Assembly (NCBI GenBank): GCA_041665505.1
Contig: JBAYIR010000001.1
Coordinates: 83,108 to 147,107 of the forward strand
Source: Patescibacteria group bacterium
GTDB taxonomy: Bacteria; Patescibacteriota; Patescibacteriia; UBA1558; GWA2-36-10
Length of the DNA: 64,000 nucleotides
Direction: 5' to 3'
Positions 39,119 through 49,453 of the stretch are shown here, piece after piece. Each line of letters opens with the position of its first letter. The stretch's first letter is position 1. The notes beneath the pieces are model-generated. The model ran no database searches. It had not been told where the DNA came from and worked only from the letters and a program-made list of their open reading frames with translations. Position numbers and translations under genes: made by a program.

Positions 39119-40099
39119 ATGAAAAATAAAAATATAATAGCCAAATTAAAAATAGCTGATTTGCGCGGACGAGGGGGCGCTGATTTTCCTACTTATCTAA
39201 AATGGGAAATGATGGCGAGTACTAAGGCTAAAAATAAATATATTGTAGCTAATGGTAGTGAAGGAGAACCAAATGTTCTCAAAGATGGCTATATTTTAAA
39301 AAATCATCCAGAGTTGTTGATAGAGGGAATAAAAATTGCTTTAGAGACTTTTAAAGGATCTGAAGCTTTTATTTTTTTAAGGCGAGATTATTTCAAAAAA
39401 TATAAAAAGCAATTAGATAAATTAGTGGGTGATTTACCAATTACTGTTTTTAGAGAACATGGTGGATATTTGTCTGGTGAGGAAACTGTGCTTTGTGAAG
39501 AAATTGAAAAAAGTCTGCCAGCCCGTCCTAGAACCAAGCCGCCTTTTCCAGGTCAAGCTGGTATATATGGATTGCCGACTTTGATAAATAATATAGAAAC
39601 TTTTTATTATATTGCTAAAATTGCTAGAGATGATTATCAGCAGACAAGATTGTATAGTATCACTGGTAAAGTCCTACATAAAGGAGTTTTTGAACTGCCG
39701 GTAGTTTGGTCTATTAAAAAGATTTTAGAAGCTACTAAAAATAGTCCAGACTTTGATTATTTTGTCCAAGTCGGTGGTGGAGCCAGTGGTGATATATTAT
39801 TGCCTGCAGAAACTACGCAAAAAGTATCTGGTAGTGGGGCTATTGTTGTTTATGACAAAGAGCAGACAGATCCCTGGGTCTTGATGCGCACTTGGATTGA
39901 TTTTTTCATGCGAGAAAATTGTGACAAATGCACACCTTGTCGGGAAGGCACTTATCGGATACTAGAGATGATTAGAAACAGACAATTTGATAAAAAGATT
40001 TTGGATGATTTATTTTTTGTTTTAGAAAATACTAGTTTTTGCGCGTTGGGTAAATCTATACCATTGCCTTTTAGATCAGTTATTAAAAAATTATTATGA
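39119..40099 (+). CDS. Compact NuoF/HydB-like flavin Fe-S subunit
   Basis: LRGRGGADFPT, NGSEGEP, YLSGEET, CDKCTPCREG...C cluster ligands. Confidence 0.9.
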   Translation: MKNKNIIAKLKIADLRGRGGADFPTYLKWEMMASTKAKNKYIVANGSEGEPNVLKDGYILKNHPELLIEGIKIALETFKGSEAFIFLRRDYFKKYKKQLDKLVGDLPITVFREHGGYLSGEETVLCEEIEKSLPARPRTKPPFPGQAGIYGLPTLINNIETFYYIAKIARDDYQQTRLYSITGKVLHKGVFELPVVWSIKKILEATKNSPDFDYFVQVGGGASGDILLPAETTQKVSGSGAIVVYDKEQTDPWVLMRTWIDFFMRENCDKCTPCREGTYRILEMIRNRQFDKKILDDLFFVLENTSFCALGKSIPLPFRSVIKKLL

Positions 40100-41823
40100 A
40101 CGCTAAGAAAATTTCAATTTTTATCAATAAGCAGAAATATTCCGCTCAGCTAGGCGAAAGTGTTTTGGATGTGGCTAGAAGAAACAATATACATATTACT
40201 ACCTTATGTCATCATCCCGATGTAAAAATTCAGGGTTCTTGTCGTTTATGTTTGGTAGAAATAACAGGTCGTAAAGGTTTATTTACAGCTTGCAGTACCA
40301 AAGTGGAAGAGGCTATGAAAGTGGTCACTGATTCCAAAGATATCTCTAGAGCTAAACAAACAAATTTAGAGTTAATATTTGCTGAGCATTGTGAAGAATG
40401 TGGAGATTGTATTTATAGTCAAAATTGTACTATCAAAGAATATGCCAAAAAGTATAATATTAAAATAACTAAATATCCTGATCGCAAAAAAGGCTATCCT
40501 GTACACAAATTTGGTCCAGCTCTACAGTTTGATAGCTCTAAGTGTATTGATTGTGGTTTGTGTGTAGAAATTTGTAAAAAAGAAGGTGTAGATTTTTTGG
40601 AGTTTAAGAAAAACAGAAAGTTTTATGAAGTTAGTCCATCTTGTAAAAAGTCTAAAGATTGTATTTATTGTGGGCAATGTTTAACTCATTGTCCAGTGGG
40701 AGCTTTTGAAGGTATAGGGGAATTTGAAGATGTGGATAAGTATATAAATATCAAAGGTAAAACAGTGGTTTTTCAGTTTGCACCATCTATTCGCTCTACT
40801 ATTGGTGAAGAGTTTGGCCTGCCAGTTGGATCAGTTGTGACCGGTAAACTGGTGGCTGCTATCAAAGCTTTAGGTATTAAGCATGTTTTTGATGTTTCAG
40901 TTGGCGCTGATATTACTACTATGGAAGAAGCTACCGAACTCCTAGAGAGGTTAAAAGAAAATAAAGCACTACCGATGTTTACTTCTTGTTGTCCAGCCTG
41001 GGTTAAATATGTAGAATTTTTTCGGCCAGATATGATAGCCAATTTAACTACAGTGCGTAGTCCACAAATTATTATGGGCGGTCTTATCAAGACCTACTGG
41101 GCCAAAGAAATGAATATTAACCCTAAAGATATTGTAGTAGTGGCAATTATGCCTTGTGTGGCCAAAAAATATGAAATTGACAGAAGTCAAAACAAAATAA
41201 ATGGTTTAAAAGCTGTTGATCAAGTATTAACCACTAGAGAATTAGCCCATTTACTGCGTAAGAAAAAAATTGATTTAGCTACTATCAAAGCTGAGGTGGC
41301 TAAATCACCACTACTTAAACCAAGCGGAGCCGGAGTGATTTATGGAGCCTCGGGTGGTGTAATGGAGTCAGCTCTTCGAGCTGCTTATAGAAAAATAACT
41401 GGACGTAGAATGCCCCAGTTACAACTGCAGGCAGTGCGCGGTATCGCAGGCTTTAAAAAAGCTAAGATTAAAATAACTGGACGGACTATTAAAGTGGGAG
41501 TAGTCAATGGTATTGCCAATGCCAAGAGAATTTTGGCAGAGTTAGAAAAAAATCCTCAGGCTTATGATTATATAGAAGTAATGGCTTGTTTTGGTGGTTG
41601 TATTGGCGGTGGAGGACAGCCAGTGCCAGTTGATGATGAAATTAGGAGAAAACGTTCAGCTGGACTTTATAATGAAGACAATAAAAATATTTTGCGTAGT
41701 GCTGATGAAAATCCAATTATCAAAAAATTATATCAAGATTTTTTCAGTGACCACAAAAATATCCATAACGTTTGTCACACTAGTTTTATAAAAAAGAAAA
41801 AAGAAGTTTTTCCAGCTAAATAA
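40096..41823 (+). CDS. hydA: [FeFe]-hydrogenase catalytic subunit (group A-like)
   Basis: H-cluster motifs TSCCPAW, MPCVAKKYE, EVMACFGGCIGGGGQP; N-terminal 2Fe-2S, His-Cys3 and two 4Fe-4S motifs. Confidence 0.93.
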   Translation: MNAKKISIFINKQKYSAQLGESVLDVARRNNIHITTLCHHPDVKIQGSCRLCLVEITGRKGLFTACSTKVEEAMKVVTDSKDISRAKQTNLELIFAEHCEECGDCIYSQNCTIKEYAKKYNIKITKYPDRKKGYPVHKFGPALQFDSSKCIDCGLCVEICKKEGVDFLEFKKNRKFYEVSPSCKKSKDCIYCGQCLTHCPVGAFEGIGEFEDVDKYINIKGKTVVFQFAPSIRSTIGEEFGLPVGSVVTGKLVAAIKALGIKHVFDVSVGADITTMEEATELLERLKENKALPMFTSCCPAWVKYVEFFRPDMIANLTTVRSPQIIMGGLIKTYWAKEMNINPKDIVVVAIMPCVAKKYEIDRSQNKINGLKAVDQVLTTRELAHLLRKKKIDLATIKAEVAKSPLLKPSGAGVIYGASGGVMESALRAAYRKITGRRMPQLQLQAVRGIAGFKKAKIKITGRTIKVGVVNGIANAKRILAELEKNPQAYDYIEVMACFGGCIGGGGQPVPVDDEIRRKRSAGLYNEDNKNILRSADENPIIKKLYQDFFSDHKNIHNVCHTSFIKKKKEVFPAK

Positions 41824-41845
41824 TTAAATTTTTAATTAAAAAAAT

Positions 41846-42358
41846 ATGGCTTTAACACAAACTTTAACTTGGGACAGGACTAAAACCATAAGTGCTGTGC
41901 AGTTTGTATCTTTACTTAGTATTGCTACTATTGCTCCATTATTTCATCAACAATGGTTGACTGGCCCCATAGTCAACGCTATGTTTTTAATAGCAGTGGT
42001 ATTACTTGGTAGTCAAAACGCTATTATTTTGGCTTTACTGCCTAGCACTATTGCTCTGGGTGTGGGACTTTTACCAGCTTTGCTAGCACCCATGGTACCT
42101 TTTATTATTATTTCCAATGTCATATTTATTTTGGGTTTTAGCTATTTAAGGGAAAAGAATTTTTTCTTAGCAGTTATAGTAGCTAGTGTTTTAAAATTTA
42201 TTTTTTTATGGTCAACTAGTTTTGTAGTGATAAATCTACTGCTTAAAAAAGAATTAGCTACTAGTGTTTCTGGTATAATGTCTTGGCCACAGTTGGCTAC
42301 AGCTCTAATAGGTGGAATGCTAGCTTACATATTTCTCAAAGGAATTAAAAAGATATAA
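41846..42358 (+). CDS. ECF S-component-like membrane protein
   Basis: QWLTGPIVNA, PQLATALIGG; multi-TM; follows the hydrogenase. Confidence 0.65.
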   Translation: MALTQTLTWDRTKTISAVQFVSLLSIATIAPLFHQQWLTGPIVNAMFLIAVVLLGSQNAIILALLPSTIALGVGLLPALLAPMVPFIIISNVIFILGFSYLREKNFFLAVIVASVLKFIFLWSTSFVVINLLLKKELATSVSGIMSWPQLATALIGGMLAYIFLKGIKKI

Positions 42359-42465
42359 AAAATAGCCCCTGACACTAAAATTTGTAGGGGCTTTTTTATT
42401 TTGACTAATTTGGCTGATTGGTATACTTTTAGTTTACACCCATCCCTGTGAAAGGAGGGAAAACC

Positions 42466-42717
42466 ATGTCTAGAGGCAGCATCGACAGAAGAGAAATCTT
42501 CATTGACATCACAGTGCCTGTCGAGCACTCTCAGGCATTTCTGGCCCGCCTCACAGCGGACAAGCAGTACAGTGTAGACGAGCTACACTGCCACCAAGCC
42601 CAGGATGGGTATCACATCAGGATTACCGCCCAGGTAATCGACCAGGTAAAATGCCTCCAATTTATCAAAGCTCTGGCCATAGAGCTTGGTATGGACGGCA
42701 TGACCAACAAGGCCTAG
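42466..42717 (+). CDS. Small orphan protein, possible ACT-like fold (GC-enriched cassette 7)
   Basis: AAAGGAGG SD; TTGACT at 42401; hairpin aagaccagc/gctggtctt at 42727-42750. Confidence 0.72.
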   Translation: MSRGSIDRREIFIDITVPVEHSQAFLARLTADKQYSVDELHCHQAQDGYHIRITAQVIDQVKCLQFIKALAIELGMDGMTNKA

Positions 42718-42818
42718 TTTGATGAGAAGACCAGCACGGAGGCTGGTCTTTAATTTTGACAAAAATAGCAATTTATGTTAATTTGAGCAGAATTGTTTTG
42801 AATCATTAATCCATTAAT

Positions 42819-44438
42819 ATGAATAAAAAAGTCATCAAATTTGTCTATTTTAGCTTTCTACTCCTTACACTGATGTCAGTGTCTGCTTGTGGCAAGAAGG
42901 ATAAAGAGGAAGATAAAGTAGAAATAAAGAAAAAAGTGCAAGTACAGAATATTGTTAAGCAGAATGAAGTCACTTCTAACTTACTATTAAGTGCCACAGT
43001 AGTACCTCAAGAATATAGTATTATTCGTTCACTTAGTCCTGGCACAGTAGAGTTTTTAGCACCAGTGGGTTCAGAAATATCTGCTGGGCAAGCTTTATTT
43101 TCCATTAGAGATTCAGGTATAGAAAATAATTATTTTAATACTTTACAGAGTTTTCAACAGACTCAGATTGTCAGTAGTCAAGGTATTTCTCAAGCTGAAC
43201 TTAGTCTAAATAGTGCCAAGGCTAGGTTAGATTTATCCAGGATACAATACAATAATACGATTATTCAAACTGAGCAGGCTCTAGCTAACACTCAAGATTC
43301 AGCGGTGGCAAATTATAATTCGGCTTATAATACTTTAAAACAGTTTTATTTATTTTTAAATAAAGATTTGGATTTAAGAGATAAAGAATATGTATATAAT
43401 GACCTTTTAACTCCTCAAATTCAATTAAAGTCAGATTTAAATCTAAAATTTAATAATTCGCTGGATTATTTTAATGGAATAGCTAATACAGTAACGGTTG
43501 ATGATGTTAGAGAAAATATGCCAAGATTACAACAAGCCTTGGCGCTCAGCAAAGACGTAGTAGATGATACTGTAATTTTACTCCAGAGCGCAGTGAGTAG
43601 TAATATGTTTCCTACTCTGACTATAGAATCTGATAAAGGCACTATGATTAGTTATCAAGCCACTATTAATACTCATTTATCAGGAATAATTGCCGCTATC
43701 AATTCTATAGTAAACACAGGCTCTTCAAATAATTTAGCCATTAATAATGCTCAATCACAGTTAGATTTAGCGGAAATAGAATATAAGAATTCAGAGATTG
43801 CTTTGCAGAACTCCAAAGATGGAGCTAATCTTCAAACTAGTGCTATGCAATCACAGCTTGATCAAGCCGCTTACAATTATAATAATTTGACATTATCATC
43901 ACCTTTTTCTGGGACTATATTGTCTCATTTCGTCGCTATAGGAGAGCAAGTCTCAATGGGCCGTGAACTAATAGAGATAGGTAATCTTTCGTTAGTGGAA
44001 ATGACCGTTGATATGGATGTTGAATTTGCTAAAGCAGTTAAATTGGCTGATGAAGTAAAGATTAATAATAAATATACTGGCCTGATAACTGAAATAGAAC
44101 CTATTGGAGATCTGACTAGCGGTAAAGTCAGTGTTACAGTTCAAAGTCAACCAGGCGATGAAGATTTATCAGCTGGTAGTATTGCGGAATTGGAATTTAT
44201 TTTACATTATGAAAGTGTTGAAGCTATAGTTATTCCTATAAAATCAGCCACTATTGAATCTTCTGGTAATTATGTCTATGTAGTAGTAGACGGCAAAATT
44301 TCTAGAAAAAATGTTACTTTAGGTCAGATTTTTGGAGATAAGGTGTCTGTTTTAAGTGGTTTAACAGAGGGGGATAAATTGGTAATTTTAAATGGCGTAT
44401 TTGTATCTAATGACGAAGCAGTAGATATTATTGAATAA
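42819..44438 (+). CDS. RND membrane-fusion (adaptor) lipoprotein
   Basis: SVSAC lipobox; long coiled coil; LSSPFSG; IVIPIKS; VLSGLTEGD. Confidence 0.85.
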   Translation: MNKKVIKFVYFSFLLLTLMSVSACGKKDKEEDKVEIKKKVQVQNIVKQNEVTSNLLLSATVVPQEYSIIRSLSPGTVEFLAPVGSEISAGQALFSIRDSGIENNYFNTLQSFQQTQIVSSQGISQAELSLNSAKARLDLSRIQYNNTIIQTEQALANTQDSAVANYNSAYNTLKQFYLFLNKDLDLRDKEYVYNDLLTPQIQLKSDLNLKFNNSLDYFNGIANTVTVDDVRENMPRLQQALALSKDVVDDTVILLQSAVSSNMFPTLTIESDKGTMISYQATINTHLSGIIAAINSIVNTGSSNNLAINNAQSQLDLAEIEYKNSEIALQNSKDGANLQTSAMQSQLDQAAYNYNNLTLSSPFSGTILSHFVAIGEQVSMGRELIEIGNLSLVEMTVDMDVEFAKAVKLADEVKINNKYTGLITEIEPIGDLTSGKVSVTVQSQPGDEDLSAGSIAELEFILHYESVEAIVIPIKSATIESSGNYVYVVVDGKISRKNVTLGQIFGDKVSVLSGLTEGDKLVILNGVFVSNDEAVDIIE

Positions 44439-44442
44439 TTTT

Positions 44443-47400
44443 ATGGAAGATAGAGATATTAAAAAAGAGCCACAAGCTAAAGATCATTTTGCCCAAAAGG
44501 CCATTGCCAAAACTCGCCAGAATTTTATGGGTTATTTTGTAACTCATTTTAGAGTAGTGACTTTAGTTATAGCCGCTATTATTATTTTGGGTAGTTTTGC
44601 TTTGTTTAATATTCCCCGTGAGTCAGATCCAGAAGTCAAGATTCCTATTGCTGTGGTTAGTACTTTCTATCCAGGTGCCAGTCCCTTGGATGTGGAAAAT
44701 TTATTGACTGACGAAATAGAAAATAAATTAGAAGAATTGGATAATATAAAATTAATTACCTCTACTTCTAGAAATAGTCTTTCTTCTATAGTAGTAGAAT
44801 TTGAAGCAGAAGCGAATTTAGAAGATAGTATTCGGGAATTAAAAGATAAGGTAGGAGAGATTGCTGCTTTACCTGATGAGGCTGAAGAGCCAGTAGTTAC
44901 TCAAATCAGAGCTAATGATTATCCAGTTATTACTTTTTCTTTATCTGGTGATTTGACAGATAATCAGTTTAAGCAATTAGGAGAAATAGTACAAGATGAA
45001 TTGGAGGGAATTTCTGGAGTTTCAAAAGTACCTCTGCTAGGAGTGAGAAATAAGGAATTTTCTGTTTTGGTCAATAAAACTGCTTTGTCACGGCTCAATA
45101 TTTCTTTGTCACAAGTAGTAGGGGCTATTAGAGCTTCTAATCTGGACTTGCCTTTAGGAGATATAGATATAGACTCTTTGCATTATAATATTAGATCAAT
45201 AGGTAAATTAAATTCTATTGAAGATTTAAATAAAGTAGTCATAGCTAGTGACCAGGGGCGGGCTATCTTTTTGCAAGATATTGCTCAAGTTAGTGAACAA
45301 TTTGTTGAGAGGAAAAACATTTCTCGTATTTCTATAAATGGGGAGAAGGCTCAAGAAAATATTTCTTTACAAATTTATAAAAAAACAGGTGGAAATATTT
45401 TGGATATTGTAGACTCGGCCAAAAATAAAGTACAAGAGCTGCAAACAAAAAAAATCATACCAGCGGAAGTAAAAATAGAAATTAATAGTGATTATTCTTC
45501 TTTTATCCGTGAGGATTTAAATACTTTAGGTAGTAGTGGTATACAATCTACAGTTTTGATATTTATAGTAATGTTTATTGCCTTGAGTTTTAAGGAAGCT
45601 ATTATTGCTCTGTTTGCCATTCCAGTGACTTTATTGGTCACTATTATGGCTTTATATTTTTCCGACTATACCTTAAATAGTATGTCTTTATATGCCTTGG
45701 TGCTTTCTTTGGGCCTCTTAGTGGATACTTTTATAGTGGTGTTAGAAGGAATATTTCATAATATTAGGGAAGGGTATTCTTCTACCAAAGCTGCTCTTTT
45801 GTCGCTAGCTCATTATAGTGGACCAGTGACCTCAGGTATGTTGACTACTGTAGCGGCCTTTTTCCCAATGCTTTTAGTTAGTGGAATTTTGGGTGAATAT
45901 CTAAAGATTTTTCCTATTACTATTGGTATTACTTTGACCGCTTCTTTGTTTGTCTCTTTGATTTTAGTACCTTCATTTGCCGCTGTTTTCTTGAAAAAGG
46001 GTCAATTTGTGGGTGGCACAAAAGAGAGTATTTTGGAAAGGTATTTTACTAATCGTTTGAGAAAAGTATATAAGAAAAATATTGCTATATTTTTACGAAG
46101 TAAAAAATTGAAACTAAAATTTTCTATTGTTTTGACAATATTGTTTATCAGCTCTTTAGGACTTTTAGTTACTCAAGTTATACCAGTTCAATTATTCCCC
46201 AAAATGGATGCTGATTTTGCTTATATAGATATCAAAATGCCCATTGGTAGCAATTTAGAAAGTACTAGCCAGATACTTAGCAAGGTTGAAGAAAAACTTT
46301 ATCAGTATCCAGAAATTAAAAATTTTGTTAGTACAGTTGGCCAATCATCTAGTATGGGTTCCTTTGAGGCAGGTAGTTCCAGTGAGCACTTAGCTAGTAT
46401 TTCTATAGATTTTGTCAAGAAAGAAGACAGAGGAAAGAAAAGTTATGATATTGTTGAAGAAATTAGAGAAGACATCAAAACTATCAATGAGGGTGAAATA
46501 AGTATTGCTGAATTGTCCGGGGGACCACCTACTGGTTCGCCTATAGAAGCCAGAATTAGTGGTGAAGATCTTCAGGTCTTGGATCAAATCTCCACTAGGG
46601 TTAAAACTATTTTAGCCAATACACCTGGCGTCATCAATGTTGATAGTAATCAAGATTTATCACCAGCTGATTTGACCTTCCGTTTGAATAAAGAGACAAT
46701 AGCCAAGTCAGGCCTCACTGTCAGTGAAGTGTCAAATCTTTTGAGAACAGCTATTTTTGGAGTGACGGCTACAGAAATATCTCAAGATAATAAAGATCTT
46801 GATGTGGTAGTTAAGTTTGATAAAAATAAAATTGACTCCATAGAACAGATTAAAAATTTATCTTTGGTAAATAATTTGGGGCAAGAAGTAAAGTTGTCTT
46901 ATCTAGCTGATTTTTCTTTGGAGCCAGCTTTGGCAATTATCAATCATAGAGAATTTGAAAGGACTATTAGTATTACTGCTGATTTAGAATCTGGGTATAC
47001 AGCTGCCAAAATAGTGCCAGTAGTGGAAGCAGCTATTAAGCAAGAGGGCATAGCTCAGGGCTATACAGTCAATTTTGGTGGAGAAGTAGAGGATATTGAA
47101 CAGTCTTTTTCAGAATTATGGAGTGCTATGATAGTAGCAGTGTTGTTAATTCTGATTATTTTGGTATTGGAGTTTGATTCATTCATTAGAACTGGCATCA
47201 TATTATTTACTTTGCCACTGATGTTGATTGGTGTGGTAACTGGTATGTTGATATTTGATTTGCCATTTAGTTTTATGGTTTTCCTAGGCTTGGTATCACT
47301 AGCAGGTATTGGGGTAAATGACGCTATAGTCTTAATGGATAAAACCAAGAGAAATATTGAAGAAATGGGTATGTCATCTATTGAGGCAGTGATAGATGCT

Positions 47401-47640
47401 GGAGATACTAGATTGCAACCAATTATGCTTACTACTATTACTACTATTATTGGTGTGGTACCTTTGGCCTTTGCTAATGAATTTTGGGTAGGGCTTTCTA
47501 TTTCTATAATTTTTGGTTTGGCCTTTGCTACAGTGCTTCAACTTTTTGTGGTGCCAATGCTTTTTGTCAAATTTGAAGGGTCTAAACTTGATAAAAAAAG
47601 AGCAGAAGCAGATGAGAGTATTATTAAGTATCAAAAATAA
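44443..47640 (+). CDS. RND efflux permease (AcrB/SwrC family)
   Basis: YPGASP, GLLVD, GIGVNDAIV, RLQPIMLTT. Confidence 0.93.
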   Translation: MEDRDIKKEPQAKDHFAQKAIAKTRQNFMGYFVTHFRVVTLVIAAIIILGSFALFNIPRESDPEVKIPIAVVSTFYPGASPLDVENLLTDEIENKLEELDNIKLITSTSRNSLSSIVVEFEAEANLEDSIRELKDKVGEIAALPDEAEEPVVTQIRANDYPVITFSLSGDLTDNQFKQLGEIVQDELEGISGVSKVPLLGVRNKEFSVLVNKTALSRLNISLSQVVGAIRASNLDLPLGDIDIDSLHYNIRSIGKLNSIEDLNKVVIASDQGRAIFLQDIAQVSEQFVERKNISRISINGEKAQENISLQIYKKTGGNILDIVDSAKNKVQELQTKKIIPAEVKIEINSDYSSFIREDLNTLGSSGIQSTVLIFIVMFIALSFKEAIIALFAIPVTLLVTIMALYFSDYTLNSMSLYALVLSLGLLVDTFIVVLEGIFHNIREGYSSTKAALLSLAHYSGPVTSGMLTTVAAFFPMLLVSGILGEYLKIFPITIGITLTASLFVSLILVPSFAAVFLKKGQFVGGTKESILERYFTNRLRKVYKKNIAIFLRSKKLKLKFSIVLTILFISSLGLLVTQVIPVQLFPKMDADFAYIDIKMPIGSNLESTSQILSKVEEKLYQYPEIKNFVSTVGQSSSMGSFEAGSSSEHLASISIDFVKKEDRGKKSYDIVEEIREDIKTINEGEISIAELSGGPPTGSPIEARISGEDLQVLDQISTRVKTILANTPGVINVDSNQDLSPADLTFRLNKETIAKSGLTVSEVSNLLRTAIFGVTATEISQDNKDLDVVVKFDKNKIDSIEQIKNLSLVNNLGQEVKLSYLADFSLEPALAIINHREFERTISITADLESGYTAAKIVPVVEAAIKQEGIAQGYTVNFGGEVEDIEQSFSELWSAMIVAVLLILIILVLEFDSFIRTGIILFTLPLMLIGVVTGMLIFDLPFSFMVFLGLVSLAGIGVNDAIVLMDKTKRNIEEMGMSSIEAVIDAGDTRLQPIMLTTITTIIGVVPLAFANEFWVGLSISIIFGLAFATVLQLFVVPMLFVKFEGSKLDKKRAEADESIIKYQK

Positions 47641-47818
47641 GCTCAATAATTTTCTTTCTAGATAAATAAATGGGATTAAATAAAAAGCATTAGCTAGAGC
47701 TAAGGCTTTTTATTTTGTTAAATAGCTTTTATTAGGACATTTATACTTTATTTAGTCAAATTTGAGCTTGTAAAATTTGATTATTTTAGTTATTATTTAA
47801 ACTAGTTAATATATAATT

Positions 47819-49108
47819 ATGGAAAATATTTTTATTAAAGATTTAAAGGATTTTGTTGATCAGGAAGTAGTCATCAAAGGCTGGGTGGCTAATTTCCGTT
47901 CTTCTGGCAAAATTGCTTTTTGGCAAATTAGAGATGGCAGTGGCTTTGTCCAAGCTATTTTGAATTCCAATGATTTATCAGAGACTCAGTGGTCAGAGGC
48001 TCAAAAAGTGACTTTGGAGACTTCTGTTAAATTAATAGCTAAGGTAGCCAAACATCCAAAAAAAGACGAGTATGAATTACAGGTAAAGGATTTTAGTTAT
48101 TATCAAATTTCCGATGAATATCCCATTGGTAAAAAAGATCATGGTGTAGATTTTTTGATGGATAATAGACATTTGTGGCTTAGATCTACTAAGCAAATTG
48201 CTATTCAGAAAATTAGAAATACACTTATCCAAGCCAACTATGATTATATGGCCAAAAATTCCTTTACCAAGATTGATGCACCAATTTTGACACCCAATGC
48301 TTGTGAAGGCACTACAGAATTATTTGAAATAAATTATTTTGACGAAAAGGCTTATTTATCACAAAGCGGACAATTATATATAGAGTCGGCTATTTTTGCT
48401 CACAACAGAGTCTTTGATTTTGGTCCAGTTTTCCGCGCTGAAAAATCAAAAACGCGTCGTCATTTGACTGAGTTTTGGATGATGGATGCTGAAATGGCTT
48501 TTGTGGACCTTCAAGAAAATATGGCTATTCAAGAAGCATTAATCCGTCATATGGTCACAGTTGTTTTGGAAAAAAATCAAACAGAGCTGGCAGTTTTAGA
48601 AAGAGATATAAAACCTCTTGAAAATATTATCAAGCCATTTCATAAAATTACACATACAGAGGCTGTTAAAATGCTGCAAGAGATGGGTAGTGATATCAAA
48701 GAGGGGGATGATTTGGGAGCAGATGATGAGACAATACTAACCAAAAAATTTGATAATCCATTGTTTGTTACTCATTATCCAGCCAAGATTAAAGCTTTTT
48801 ATATGAAGCGTAATGCTACTGATCAGTCATTGGCTGAATGTAGTGATTTATTAGCCCCAGAGGGTTATGGAGAAATTATTGGTGGTTCACAACGTGAAGA
48901 TGATTATGATATTTTATTAGAGCGTATTAAAGAGCAAAAATTACCAGTTGATGAGTTTCAGTGGTATTTAGATCTCAGAAAATATGGCAGTGTACCTCAT
49001 GGTGGTTTTGGTTTTGGATTGGAGAGAATAGTAGCCTGGGTTTGTGGTATTAGCCATGTCAGAGAAACCATTCCCTTTCCTAGAACAATTAATAGATTAA
49101 AACCTTAA
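47819..49108 (+). CDS. asnS: Asparagine--tRNA ligase
   Basis: ACEGTTELF, YLSQSGQLY, FRAEKSKTRRHLTEFWM, EIIGGSQRE, PHGGFGFGLER. Confidence 0.96.
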   Translation: MENIFIKDLKDFVDQEVVIKGWVANFRSSGKIAFWQIRDGSGFVQAILNSNDLSETQWSEAQKVTLETSVKLIAKVAKHPKKDEYELQVKDFSYYQISDEYPIGKKDHGVDFLMDNRHLWLRSTKQIAIQKIRNTLIQANYDYMAKNSFTKIDAPILTPNACEGTTELFEINYFDEKAYLSQSGQLYIESAIFAHNRVFDFGPVFRAEKSKTRRHLTEFWMMDAEMAFVDLQENMAIQEALIRHMVTVVLEKNQTELAVLERDIKPLENIIKPFHKITHTEAVKMLQEMGSDIKEGDDLGADDETILTKKFDNPLFVTHYPAKIKAFYMKRNATDQSLAECSDLLAPEGYGEIIGGSQREDDYDILLERIKEQKLPVDEFQWYLDLRKYGSVPHGGFGFGLERIVAWVCGISHVRETIPFPRTINRLKP

Positions 49109-49118
49109 TTATAAAAAT

Positions 49119-49325
49119 ATGGCATTTGATCCAGAACATCCTCGTACTGAGGATAGGGCATTTCATCCCGAACAAGCTAGTTTAAATAGAATTACTACAG
49201 ATTTAGCCAGAGTAGAATCTCGCGATGATTTTGAGTTTCCAGATGATAACGCTAGAGAGACTTTTGTGAGGTCATTGGAAGTAGCAAAAGATCAGATTGA
49301 AAGAATTAGAGAAAAGATTGGTTAA
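49119..49325 (+). CDS. Small hypothetical protein
   Basis: 68-aa ORF with operonic spacing; short AF(D/H)PE repeat. Confidence 0.55.
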   Translation: MAFDPEHPRTEDRAFHPEQASLNRITTDLARVESRDDFEFPDDNARETFVRSLEVAKDQIERIREKIG

Positions 49326-49366
49326 TTGTTGATTGGTAGATCAATAGGCAGGCAGGGAGCAGCTTG

Positions 49367-49442
49367 GCCGGAATAGCTCAATTGGTAGAGCAGTGGCATC
49401 GTAAGTCATTGGTTGGGGGTTCAAGTCCTCTTTCCGGCTCCA
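49367..49442 (+). tRNA. tRNA-Thr (CGT)
   Basis: gccggaa acceptor stem; gtggc-atCGTaa-gtcat; GGTTCAAGTCC; CCA. Confidence 0.88.
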
Positions 49443-49453
49443 TAAATTAAAAT

